Shown here: positions 18,233-27,543 of the stretch, piece after piece
How positions within the stretch are numbered: position 1 is the first letter of the stretch
Layout: each line of letters begins with the position of its first letter
Origin: an uncultured candidate division Zixibacteria bacterium
GTDB lineage: Bacteria > Zixibacteria > MSB-5A5 > GN15 > FEB-12
Reading direction: 5' to 3'
NCBI GenBank assembly: GCA_963735035.1
Contig: CAVTJJ010000006.1
Span: 352,001-416,000, forward strand
Length of the DNA stretch: 64,000 nucleotides
Notes under the pieces: generated by a model
Databases searched by the model: none
The model's input: the letters and a program-made list of their open reading frames with translations, nothing else
Told to the model about the DNA's origin: nothing
Translations under genes and position numbers: made by a program

Positions 18233-20694
18233 ATGGTCATAAAGAGCAAACACAGACTTCAACTGGTAGCCAGCGACAGCGAAGATTCTCATCCGGTTCT
18301 GCCGTTGATGACCGAAGTTTTGTTTCCTGGCATGATGATTACGATTCATGTCGGACGACCGGAAAACCTGGCTCTGCTTGAGAAAGTATTCGAACAGCGG
18401 GCGCAGTTTGTCGCGGCCTATTCCCAATCCGGATTTGACACCCAGGGGACACGCCCGATCTACCAGGTCGGGGTCCTGGCCGAAGTGCGCGATATTCGCG
18501 AGGGCACCGGCGACACCAAGGTAGTCACTCTCGAAGGCATCCGCCGGGTTGCTATCAGCAAGATTACGAGCGAAGAGCCGTTCCTTCAGGGGAAAGTCAA
18601 CGCGGTCGAGACACCTTCTTTCGTAAACAAGACCATTCGGGAGAAAGTGTCTGAAGTTATAGCCATCGTCAGCGAAATCACCCACCTCGATCCGACTTAT
18701 TCGCCGGAATTGTCCAACGTGCTGAAGACCAGCGCGGAAGACCCGGCCCTTCTCGCCGATCACGTCGCGGCCAGTTTCCACTTTTCGCTTTCGGCAAAGC
18801 AGGAAATTCTCGAGTGCGTGGCCCTGGACGAGCGGTACGAACACCTGCTGAACCAGCTTAACAACGAGCTCAACCGGGCGGCGACCGTCCTGAGCATTCA
18901 GGACAAGGTTAAGAAACAGATCGAATCCGAGCAGCAGAAATACTTCCTGCGGCAGCAGCTTCATGAGATTCGCCGCCAACTGGGCGAAGACCCCAGCGAA
19001 GAAAAGGAAGTCGCCCGTTGGAAGCGGTTGGTGAAGAGTCTACCCAAGCTCCCGCACGAAGTGCTGGATCGGTCGCGTATCGAAATCGAACGCCTCGGTC
19101 AACTAAGTCCGGCATCGGGCGAGTACGGCGCTACCAAGAACTATCTCGACTGGTTGTTGAATCTACCTTGGGGCAAGACCGCTCAAGAAGATTATCAGAT
19201 TGCAGAAGTCCAGAAAGTCATCGATACCGATTATTTCGGCCCTGATTCTCTCAAAGGAGCGAATTCTGCAGCGGCTGTCAGTTCGCAAACTGCTCGGCGG
19301 CAAGGATGAGGGTCCAACGCTCTGTCTGGTCGGTGCACCCGGAACCGGTAAGGCCTCGCTGGCCAAGGCGATAGCTAAAGCGATCGGCAAAGAATTGATC
19401 CGGATTTCGGTCGGTGGGATTACTGCCGTGGCGGATATAAAGGGCACCCCCCGGACCTATCTGGGAGCTCAACCAGGACAGATCGTTCGCACTCTACGGC
19501 AAGCGGGAAGTTGCGATCCGGTGGTGCTGCTTGAAGACATTGACTATTTCAACGTCGATAATAATTCTTCAGTCAATATGGCCTTGCTCGAAGTGATTGA
19601 CGCCCGCTATAACGCCCACTTCCTGGATCAATATGTCGGCGTGCCGTTCGATTTGAGCCGCATCTTCTTCGTCTGTTCGGTTCGTTCCTACGAAGAGATT
19701 CCGGAACAATTCGTGCCGCGTCTGGAGATAATTGAGCTGCCCGGATACATCGAGCGCGAGAAGATTACGATCGCCAAGAGATACATCATTCCCGGCATGC
19801 TCGAGAAGCACGGGCTGAAGAAATCGGAAGTTCACATTTCCGACCGGACTCTGTCGAAGATCATCGGCAACTACACGATGGAAGCCGGGTTGGTTGGCTT
19901 GTCGCAGCAATTGGAGCGAATCTGTCGCAAGATCGCCTTGCACAAGGCCGAAAACCACAAACGCAGTTGGTTGGTGAGCGAGAAGACACTCGATTCGTAT
20001 CTCGGTACGCCGCTGTACATTCCGGAGAAAGCCGAATCAGTGCCGGAAGTCGGCAATGCGGCCGGATTGGCCTGGACCGGCGCGGGCGGCGAGTTGATGT
20101 TTATCGAAGGCTTGAAGATGAAGGGGGAAGGCCAGATCATTACGACCGGATCGCTCGGCGAAGTCATGCGCGAGTCGATTCAGGCCGCCCATTCATATGT
20201 CCGCTCCAAGGCCGACGTTCTTGGTATCGATTTCAGTGACTTCAACGAATTCGATATTCACATTCACTTTCCGTCAGGCGCCATTCCCGAAAGACGGCCC
20301 GTCCGCGGGTATCACAGTCTGTCTTGTCATCGCGTCGGTTATGTCGGAGCGCCCGATTCGAAATGACATCGCCATGACCGGTGAAGTGACGCTTCGGGGT
20401 AAAGTGCTTCCGGTTGGCGGAACCAAGGAGAAGATTTCTGCCGCCTACCGCGCCGGTATCTACAATGTCGTGCTCCCCAAGGAGAACGAAAAAGACCTGA
20501 AAGACATCCCGCGCGAAATTCTTCGCCAGACCAAGTTCTACTTCATCCAGAGTGTGGACGAGCTTTTTGAGCTTTGCTTGCTCGATTTCAAGCCGTCGAC
20601 TTACACGCTCGAGAAGATCTTCGCCGAAGAGATCGCCCGTGCCCGCAAGAAACCCGCTCGTCGAAAGCGACCGGTGGCACGGCGCGCGCGCTGA
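18233..20694 (+). CDS. lon: Lon protease (LonA-type), two apparent +1 frameshifts (~19254, ~20287), degenerate ATPase motifs
   Basis: LON_N domain, [17 protein letters not shown] (Ser) and GGTKEK (Lys) across three ORFs 18185/19200/20197. Confidence 0.88.
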
Positions 20695-20756
20695 TCTCGA
20701 ATCTATCTAATCGTATCTCGTCACACAATTGATGGTCCACAGGGGTCAAGAACTGC

Positions 20757-20786
20757 TTGACACCTGTTTGATTGAGTGCCTATATT
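20757..20786 (+). promoter_or_regulatory. sigma70-like promoter
   Basis: TTGACA-N18-TATATT about 220 nt upstream of ATG 21009. Confidence 0.45.
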
Positions 20787-21008
20787 GATGTCATACGGGC
20801 AGGCCGCGTAATCGAAAGATGTCTGCCTGTTACAGGCATTCGATACTTGACCTCAGACGGTCTCATGCGAACCAAAAAGAGCACATCCTGATCCCGTTCC
20901 CGACTGACCCCACGCCGATTCCTCAAGGGATGAGGTGCTCCGGTTCCGACCAGGTCACACAGTGGAAAACAAGGCATTCTGGTGCTACGCTAGGCATGGA
21001 GGCAGACC

Positions 21009-23373
21009 ATGAATAAGAGATTTGGGACAGTGTTGATGACGGCGGCGGTTCTGATGATCGGCTGGGTCCAACCCCGAGCCCAGCAGGATCCTAACGATCA
21101 GGGTGTCGCGGACACGGTGCGCATGGAGTTTACCGTAGTAGCCGGACGCGAATACCAACCAGTTGAACGTATCCATGGATCTGTATCTGTTCAACGACGT
21201 TCAGAGTCTTAACTCCATTTCACTCGGCTTCAAGTGGATAAACAACAATTTGCGCATGACCAGTGCGGCGTTTTCGCCAAGCGGCGCTACGATCTTCGAT
21301 TTCATGAAGATGGTGTACCGCAACAATAAGATCGACAGCACTAACAAGTACCGTGTTTTTCAATGTACGGGAGCCCGAGGGGGTGAATCGCCGGGTTTGG
21401 TGGGAAGTATGACCGCCAAACACGTTGCTACCTATAATTTCACCCTGTCGAGTTGGACCGTGCTTGATTCGCTGGTCTTTGATACTATGCGAGTGTTGGG
21501 CGCCGGATTCGCCTTTGTCGATTTCAACAATATTGAGTACCGACCTTTCTGGAAGTCCAGCGTAGTAATCTATGACGCCAACAAGCCTATTATCTCCAAC
21601 CTGGTCTTATCCGAGGACACGCTCGATTTCGCGGCTACCGTAGGTCAGGGGAACCCTCCGGCGCAGTCGTTCAGGATAACTTCGGACCAGGATCCGTTGT
21701 TCTTTACCCTGACTGAGGATGCCTCCTGGCTGCTGAAAGCCCCTTCAAGCGGTACGACGCCGCAGGATATATCAGTATCGATAACGACTACCGGTTTGTC
21801 TTCCGGAATCTATTTTGATTCGATTCGGGTGGCCGCGTCGGGCGCCTCGAACTCGCCGAGCTTTCTTTTCGTTCGCCTGAACCTAAATCCCGCGTTGCCT
21901 CGGATCGGAGTCGATAAGACTTCTTTCATCTTCAATGCTCTGGTCGGGGGAGCCAACCCCGCCCCTCAGAATCTGGGCATCTACAATGCCGGTCAGTCCA
22001 CGCTAAATTGGTCGGTGACCAACGTGGAATCGTGGCTGAGCCTAAGCCCGATGTCGGGCACCAACTCGGGCACCGTAGTGCTTACGGTCACGAGCTCCAG
22101 CCTCGCCTTCGGTCAATATTACGATACCGTGGTCGTAACCGATCCGATCGCCCCCAACAGCCCCGTGAGAATCCCGGTACGTCTATCGGTGGCTTCGGAT
22201 TTGCCGTTCATCGTTGTTGATTCCTGTCCCAACTACTGGGTGGTGGATTGGGGGGCAGAGGGACCGATGTTTACGCGGAAGTTCCGCGTACGGAACGGTG
22301 GCCCCGGGCCGCTTACTTTCCGTGTCGAAGAACACTCCGATTACATTCTGAATGTCACTCCCGGCACTGGTGCGGCTCCCCAGGAGGTCGAGCTTCTGTT
22401 CTATTTTGCATTCGACCCGCAGCACGATCCGCTCGTACCTGACATCATAAAGGACACCGTCTGGGTTTATTCGGATGACGCCGCCAACTCGCCGGTGATG
22501 GTGGAGTGCCAGATGCGTTTCCCGGCTATCCCGGCGGAACTGCAATTGTCAACTCATTCAATCCAGTTTGACGTCTACCAGTGTTGGCAGGGCTACGGCC
22601 AGACTCTGCCATCGGCCGCATTTACCGTCACGAACATCGGCGACGACGATCCGGTCAAGATTCATCTGACTTACCCCAATGAAAGATTCCAGATTGTAGA
22701 CGGCACTCAGTCGCATGTGGCGCCGCATACTTATCAAGTGAATGCCGTATTACCGGAAGTCCCTACGGGCATCTACCACGATACCATCTATGTTACATCG
22801 CAGTGGGCGATCAACAATCCTCAGGTGATTGAGGTCATTTACAATTTCCTGCCGGGGGAAGCACCACTTGTCTACGTACCTGGAGCGCCCCTCAAGATTC
22901 CGTACCAGCAAGACTCCGGCCCGTTGTTGTATGAGGGCCTTCAGATCTACAACTTCGATCCCGGCTGTATGAACTGGGAGATCAGCGAGAACATCCCCTG
23001 GCTTACTCCGGTCGTCTCAAGTGGATCGGTGCCACAGGTCAGCCCGCTCTTAATCGATCCAGGTGACCGCATTTATGGCGAGTACCACGAGAACCTTTCA
23101 ATCCTGGCGCCGGGAGCTTCGAATCAACCCTTCCCGGTCGAGATGGTCTTGCAGGTGTGGAAGCTGCGCGGAGATGTCAACTGGAACGGTCGCATCACTG
23201 TGCAGGATGTGGCATTACTGCTTGATTACGTATTCAATCAGACCCATGCCCCGCAGCCGATTCCGGAAATTGGTGATGTCGACTGCGACGGTTTCGTTAA
23301 CATAAATGACATAGTCGGGTTGGTGGATTACTTGTTCCGTGACCTCCAGCCGCTTTGTGGCAATCCGTACTGA
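21009..23373 (+). CDS. Secreted multi-domain protein: cohesin-like N-terminus, BACON/Ig-like repeats, C-terminal dockerin-like domain (one apparent frameshift ~21140)
   Basis: Signal peptide in ORF 21009 continues into ORF 21163; repeated WL..P.SG..P motifs; RGDVNWNGRITVQDV...GDVDCDGFVNINDIV dockerin. Confidence 0.8.
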
Positions 23374-23392
23374 TAGGTATCGATACAATCTG

Positions 23393-23431
23393 AAAGGGCG
23401 TCACTGCCGTGAGGTGGTGACGCCCTTTTTT
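23393..23431 (+). terminator. Intrinsic terminator
   Basis: AAAGGGCGTCAC...GTGACGCCCTTTTTT. Confidence 0.85.
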
Positions 23432-23575
23432 CTGCCGATAACTCTTCTTGACAGTAGGCCGGTTGGTGCCGTAATTAAGGCGTTGATACCTCACGACTTC
23501 AGGTTCCTGCCCAAGTGGTCAAGTCTTGTCGGCATACTCTTCACCGGTCACACGCGAAAACCGCGGAGGTTAGCT

Positions 23576-25846
23576 TTGTCTAAGTTTCTCAATGTCGCGG
23601 CCTTATCAATTCTCGGGGCTGTAATCCTATCGCTCGCCCCGGCTACGTTCAGCCAGGACCACGGCGCCTTACCTATGGACAGTCTGACGGCACCGGAAAG
23701 ACACCGGATTGAGGGAGAAGCCAAAGCTCAGGCCCTCGACCGTTCCCGCCGGATGCAGCAACTGGCGGCATCCATGCCGCAAGACGACCAGTCCAACTAC
23801 GACGTCAAATGGTACGACATTACTTTCAGGGTCAACGATACCACGGAGATTTTGTACGGCGTGGTGAAATTCGTGGCCCTGGCGACGATAAATAACGTCA
23901 GCCAGATTGACGTCAGCTTCTATTCAGGTATGAGCGTTGATCAGATTGTAGGACCGTCCGGACCTCTGACCTTCACCCGCACCGGTGACTTTGTGACCGT
24001 GACCCTTGATCGCTCGTACAACACCGGGGAAGAATTCGCTTTTGATTTTTACTATAGCGGCCATCCGGTCGAAAGTGGATTTCAGGCCTTTGCTTTCGAT
24101 TGGTACAATGGGAAGCGTTCGATAACCACTTTGTCTGAACCGTATTTCGCTCATACCTGGTGGCCGTGCAAAGACCGGATGGACGACAAGCCGGATTCAA
24201 TAGGTATTCATATTGAAGTCGATACGTCGCTCTATTGCGCCTCGAACGGCACCCTGGATTCCATAACAGCAGGGTCCGGTCCCAACAGCCGTGTCTTCAA
24301 TTACACTAACCACTATCCGATTGCGACTTATCTGTTCTCGGTAGCTATTGCTCCTTACGTGGTCTGGCAGCAGAATTACATCTATAACGGTGGTCTGGAC
24401 ACTATGCCGGTCGTACACCACGCCTACCAGGACCGATACAGTCTGTCGCTAACGACCTGGATCAACACACCCACTTACATAGCGGCTCTTGCCGCGGCTT
24501 ACGGTCCATATCCGTTTCCGAAGGACAAATATGGCCACGCCAATTTCAATTGGGGCGGGGCAATGGAGCATCAAACCTGTACGTCGATGCAAGGTAACAC
24601 CACTTTTGGTTTCGACACCTGGGTGATCGTGCACGAGTTGAGTCATCAGTGGTGGGGCGATCTGGTCACGTGCAAGTCATGGCATGATATTTGGCTCAAC
24701 GAAGGCTGGGCCTCATATTCCGAAGCGGTTTACCAGCTCGCCGCGAGCGGCTGGAGCGCCTACCGCACTTATATGAACTCTATGGCCTACAAAGGCCCGG
24801 GGACGGTCTGGTGCGACGACACGACCAGTGTTAATCGAATCTTCAACGGCAGTCTGAGCTACGACAAGGGCGCCTGGGTTGTTCATATGCTCCGGGGCGT
24901 GCTCGGCGAAGATCTATTCGCGCAGGGTATCGTGGCCTATCGCAATGCTTTCGCCAACAGTGCCGCGACCACGGAAGACTTCCGCAATGTCTGGGAAACG
25001 ACCACTGGTGTGAACCTCTATTCGTTCATTAACGAATGGGTCTACGGCCAAAACTGCCCCAATTACACATATTATTTCATGAGCGAACCTTCGGACACGG
25101 GCGGATATGACACCTATCTGGTGGTCAAGCAAACGCAGACCACGCTGCCCACTGTGTTCGATATGCCAGTGCAGTTCTTCTTCGATTATGCCACGATGCC
25201 GGATGATACGGTAAGACTCGTGGTAAACGAGCGTTCCCAGCTTTTCAAGTTCAATCTGCCCTCGGCTGTTAATCAAATTACGCTTGACCCGGCTGGCTGG
25301 ATTCTCAAGAATGCCACTAACCCCGCCTGGCGCATGTCAATCATTACTCTTCAGCCCGAGCTGTCTGGGGGGTGGCGCAGCAGGCCGTACCTCGATACCA
25401 TTGAAACCCGCGGCGGGACCGGACCCAATGTGATTTCCATCAGTGACGGTATCCTGCCACCCGGTCTGACGATAGACGCTGCCGGCGTGATCAGCGGTTC
25501 CCCGACCACCCTCGGGGTCTATCCCTTTACCGTTGGAATTGCCAACCCCGGCACGGGAGCCTCGGATCAGAGAAGTTTCCAAATCGAGATCTTGGAGCCT
25601 TCATGTTGTACCGGACTAGTTGGCAACGTTAACGGCCTGGCCGGTGATGAACCTACGATCGGCGACATATCTATGCTCATCGACGCCTTGTTTGTCTCGG
25701 GCGTGACTCTGCCGTGTTTGACCGAAGCCGATATCAACCAGTCGGGTGGAGCAAATCCTACCAGAGATGATATTACGATCGGCGACATTTCTCTGCTCAT
25801 CGACCACGTGTTTATCACCGGGGTGCCTCTATTGCCATGTCTGTAG
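23576..25846 (+). CDS. Secreted M1 family aminopeptidase with Ig-like and dockerin-like C-terminal domains
   Basis: GGAMEH, HELSH-x18-E, YDKGAWV; LPPGLTI...ISGSPT Ig domain; CCTGLVGNVNG...TIGDISMLID repeat; GGAGG + TTG start. Confidence 0.9.
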   Translation: MSKFLNVAALSILGAVILSLAPATFSQDHGALPMDSLTAPERHRIEGEAKAQALDRSRRMQQLAASMPQDDQSNYDVKWYDITFRVNDTTEILYGVVKFVALATINNVSQIDVSFYSGMSVDQIVGPSGPLTFTRTGDFVTVTLDRSYNTGEEFAFDFYYSGHPVESGFQAFAFDWYNGKRSITTLSEPYFAHTWWPCKDRMDDKPDSIGIHIEVDTSLYCASNGTLDSITAGSGPNSRVFNYTNHYPIATYLFSVAIAPYVVWQQNYIYNGGLDTMPVVHHAYQDRYSLSLTTWINTPTYIAALAAAYGPYPFPKDKYGHANFNWGGAMEHQTCTSMQGNTTFGFDTWVIVHELSHQWWGDLVTCKSWHDIWLNEGWASYSEAVYQLAASGWSAYRTYMNSMAYKGPGTVWCDDTTSVNRIFNGSLSYDKGAWVVHMLRGVLGEDLFAQGIVAYRNAFANSAATTEDFRNVWETTTGVNLYSFINEWVYGQNCPNYTYYFMSEPSDTGGYDTYLVVKQTQTTLPTVFDMPVQFFFDYATMPDDTVRLVVNERSQLFKFNLPSAVNQITLDPAGWILKNATNPAWRMSIITLQPELSGGWRSRPYLDTIETRGGTGPNVISISDGILPPGLTIDAAGVISGSPTTLGVYPFTVGIANPGTGASDQRSFQIEILEPSCCTGLVGNVNGLAGDEPTIGDISMLIDALFVSGVTLPCLTEADINQSGGANPTRDDITIGDISLLIDHVFITGVPLLPCL

Positions 25847-25862
25847 ATCTACAGTGCAGGAC

Positions 25863-25907
25863 CTCAAGCGGCGATTCCGCGCATTGCGGGATCGCCGCTT
25901 GAGTTTG
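25863..25907 (+). terminator. Long hairpin / terminator after the M1 peptidase
   Basis: CTCAAGCGGCGAT...ATCGCCGCTTGAG followed by TTTG. Confidence 0.65.
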
Positions 25908-26021
25908 TAGTTGGGCGGCGCTTCACCGGACGGCAGGCCGTATTCTTCAAAACAAGTTGATTTTGACGACCGGGAAGGTATGTTTCGTCCGCGATGGGGC
26001 GCGGGCGAAAGCCTCCGAACC

Positions 26022-26144
26022 GTCATCGCGAGGCCCCGGCTTGGACGGGGCCGTGGCGATCTCAAGTTGCGACGCAATAACTGTTGTGAGATTGCCGCGC
26101 TACGATGGCCCGCCTGGCGGCGAGTCATCTCCGCTCGCAATGAC
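26022..26144. repeat. Palindromic extragenic repeat (GTCATYGCGAG...CTCGCAATGAC type)
   Basis: Terminal inverted repeats GTCATCGCGAG/CTCGCAATGAC, inner GGCGATCTC/GAGATTGCC, internal hairpins. Confidence 0.7.
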
Positions 26145-26214
26145 ATTGAATGGGATTTTTCTCGCAGTCGCAACACGAGAGGGGGCGCGGTAACTTTACT
26201 CACCAGGGCTCAGA

Positions 26215-27543
26215 GTGACTACAGATCGAAAAATCGAAACCTTTCACGTGACCACTTTTGGTTGCCAGATGAACCTGGCCGATTCGTCGACCCTGGTTGC
26301 CTCCCTGACCACGCGCGGCTACCGCCGAGTCAGAAACGTTCAGGAAGCCGACCTGATCGTTCTCAATACCTGCTCTGTCCGCGACAAGGCCGAGCAACGG
26401 GTAATGGGACGTCTGGGCGAGCTTGCCCGGCACAAGCAGGAGCGACCCTGGGTTAAGATTGCGGTGGTTGGCTGTATGGCTCAGCGCTGGGGGAGCGACC
26501 TGGCCGAGCAAATTCCTCACGTGGACTTTGTTCTGGGTACCGACCGGGTGTTTGAACTTCCGGATGTGCTCGAAGGACGGGAGGGGAAATCGGCCGTCAT
26601 GACTGCGTTCGGCCACGAAAGCATCGACCAGATCGAACCGGTTCAGGAAAGCAGTTATTCCGGATTCGTGACCATCTCCCGTGGCTGCGACAACTATTGT
26701 TCCTATTGCATCGTTCCCTACGTGCGCGGTAAGGAGCAATCCCATTCGGTGGAACATGTCCTGGCCGGGGTCCGCAAGATGGTGGCGGCCGGCGTCTCGG
26801 AAATCATGCTCCTCGGTCAGAACGTCAACAGCTATCGCTATAACGGCACCGACTTTCCTGACTTGTTGAAACGCGTGGCGGGGGAGACGGATATCAAGCG
26901 GGTCAGGTTCATGACCTCGCATCCCAAAGACCTCTCCCGGAAACTAATCGAAGTCTTAGCGAGCGAGCCGAAACTGATGCCCCATCTGCACCTGCCGCTG
27001 CAGTCCGGATCCGACCTCATTCTGGAACGGATGGGACGAAGTTACACTCGGGAGGCCTATTTTAAGCTTGTCGACGACCTCCGCGCGGCCCTTGATTACG
27101 TGGCGCTGACTACTGACCTGATTGTAGGCTTTCCGGGTGAAACGATGGATGATTACGAGATGACGCTCGACGCAGTGCGCCGCATCGGTTACGATGCCGC
27201 GTTCATGTTCCGGTATTCGGTTCGCCCCGGCACGGCCGCGGCGTCTTTCGACGACGATGTCCCCGAGGACGAGAAGATTGATCGCCTCTCGCGACTCATT
27301 CGACTACAGCAGCAAATCTCTCACGAGCGCAACCAACGGGAAATTGGCCAAGTGAGGTATTCGCTGGTCGAAGGAGCGTCGCGTCGCTCCGAGCGTTTTG
27401 CCCGCGCCCGAACCGAAGGCAACAAGACGGTCTTATTTGAGTGCGATGCGCCTCAGGTCGGAGCGATACTTCCGATCCGGATAACTTCGGCCGATGCCTT
27501 CACGCTCCACGGCCGGGTAGAGCAGGGGGAAAGAAATGGTTGA
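26215..27543 (+). CDS. miaB: tRNA-2-methylthio-N6-dimethylallyladenosine synthase MiaB
   Basis: TFGCQMN, NTCSVRDKAE, GCDNYCSYC radical SAM motif, TRAM domain. Confidence 0.96.
   Translation: MTTDRKIETFHVTTFGCQMNLADSSTLVASLTTRGYRRVRNVQEADLIVLNTCSVRDKAEQRVMGRLGELARHKQERPWVKIAVVGCMAQRWGSDLAEQIPHVDFVLGTDRVFELPDVLEGREGKSAVMTAFGHESIDQIEPVQESSYSGFVTISRGCDNYCSYCIVPYVRGKEQSHSVEHVLAGVRKMVAAGVSEIMLLGQNVNSYRYNGTDFPDLLKRVAGETDIKRVRFMTSHPKDLSRKLIEVLASEPKLMPHLHLPLQSGSDLILERMGRSYTREAYFKLVDDLRAALDYVALTTDLIVGFPGETMDDYEMTLDAVRRIGYDAAFMFRYSVRPGTAAASFDDDVPEDEKIDRLSRLIRLQQQISHERNQREIGQVRYSLVEGASRRSERFARARTEGNKTVLFECDAPQVGAILPIRITSADAFTLHGRVEQGERNG

Noticed and set aside
19250..20290. Programmed ribosomal frameshifting in lon (and in PFOR and the permease)
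   Set aside because: All need +1 correction, there are no heptameric slippery sites, and the same pattern recurs in unrelated genes; sequencing error is more parsimonious
25985..26020. c-di-GMP-I riboswitch suggested by GCGAAAGCCTCCG
   Set aside because: Lacks the GGCAAAC...GAAA P2 and the P1/P3 architecture
25911..26456. 181-aa ORF upstream of and overlapping miaB
   Set aside because: Translates through a palindromic repeat and overlaps miaB out of frame
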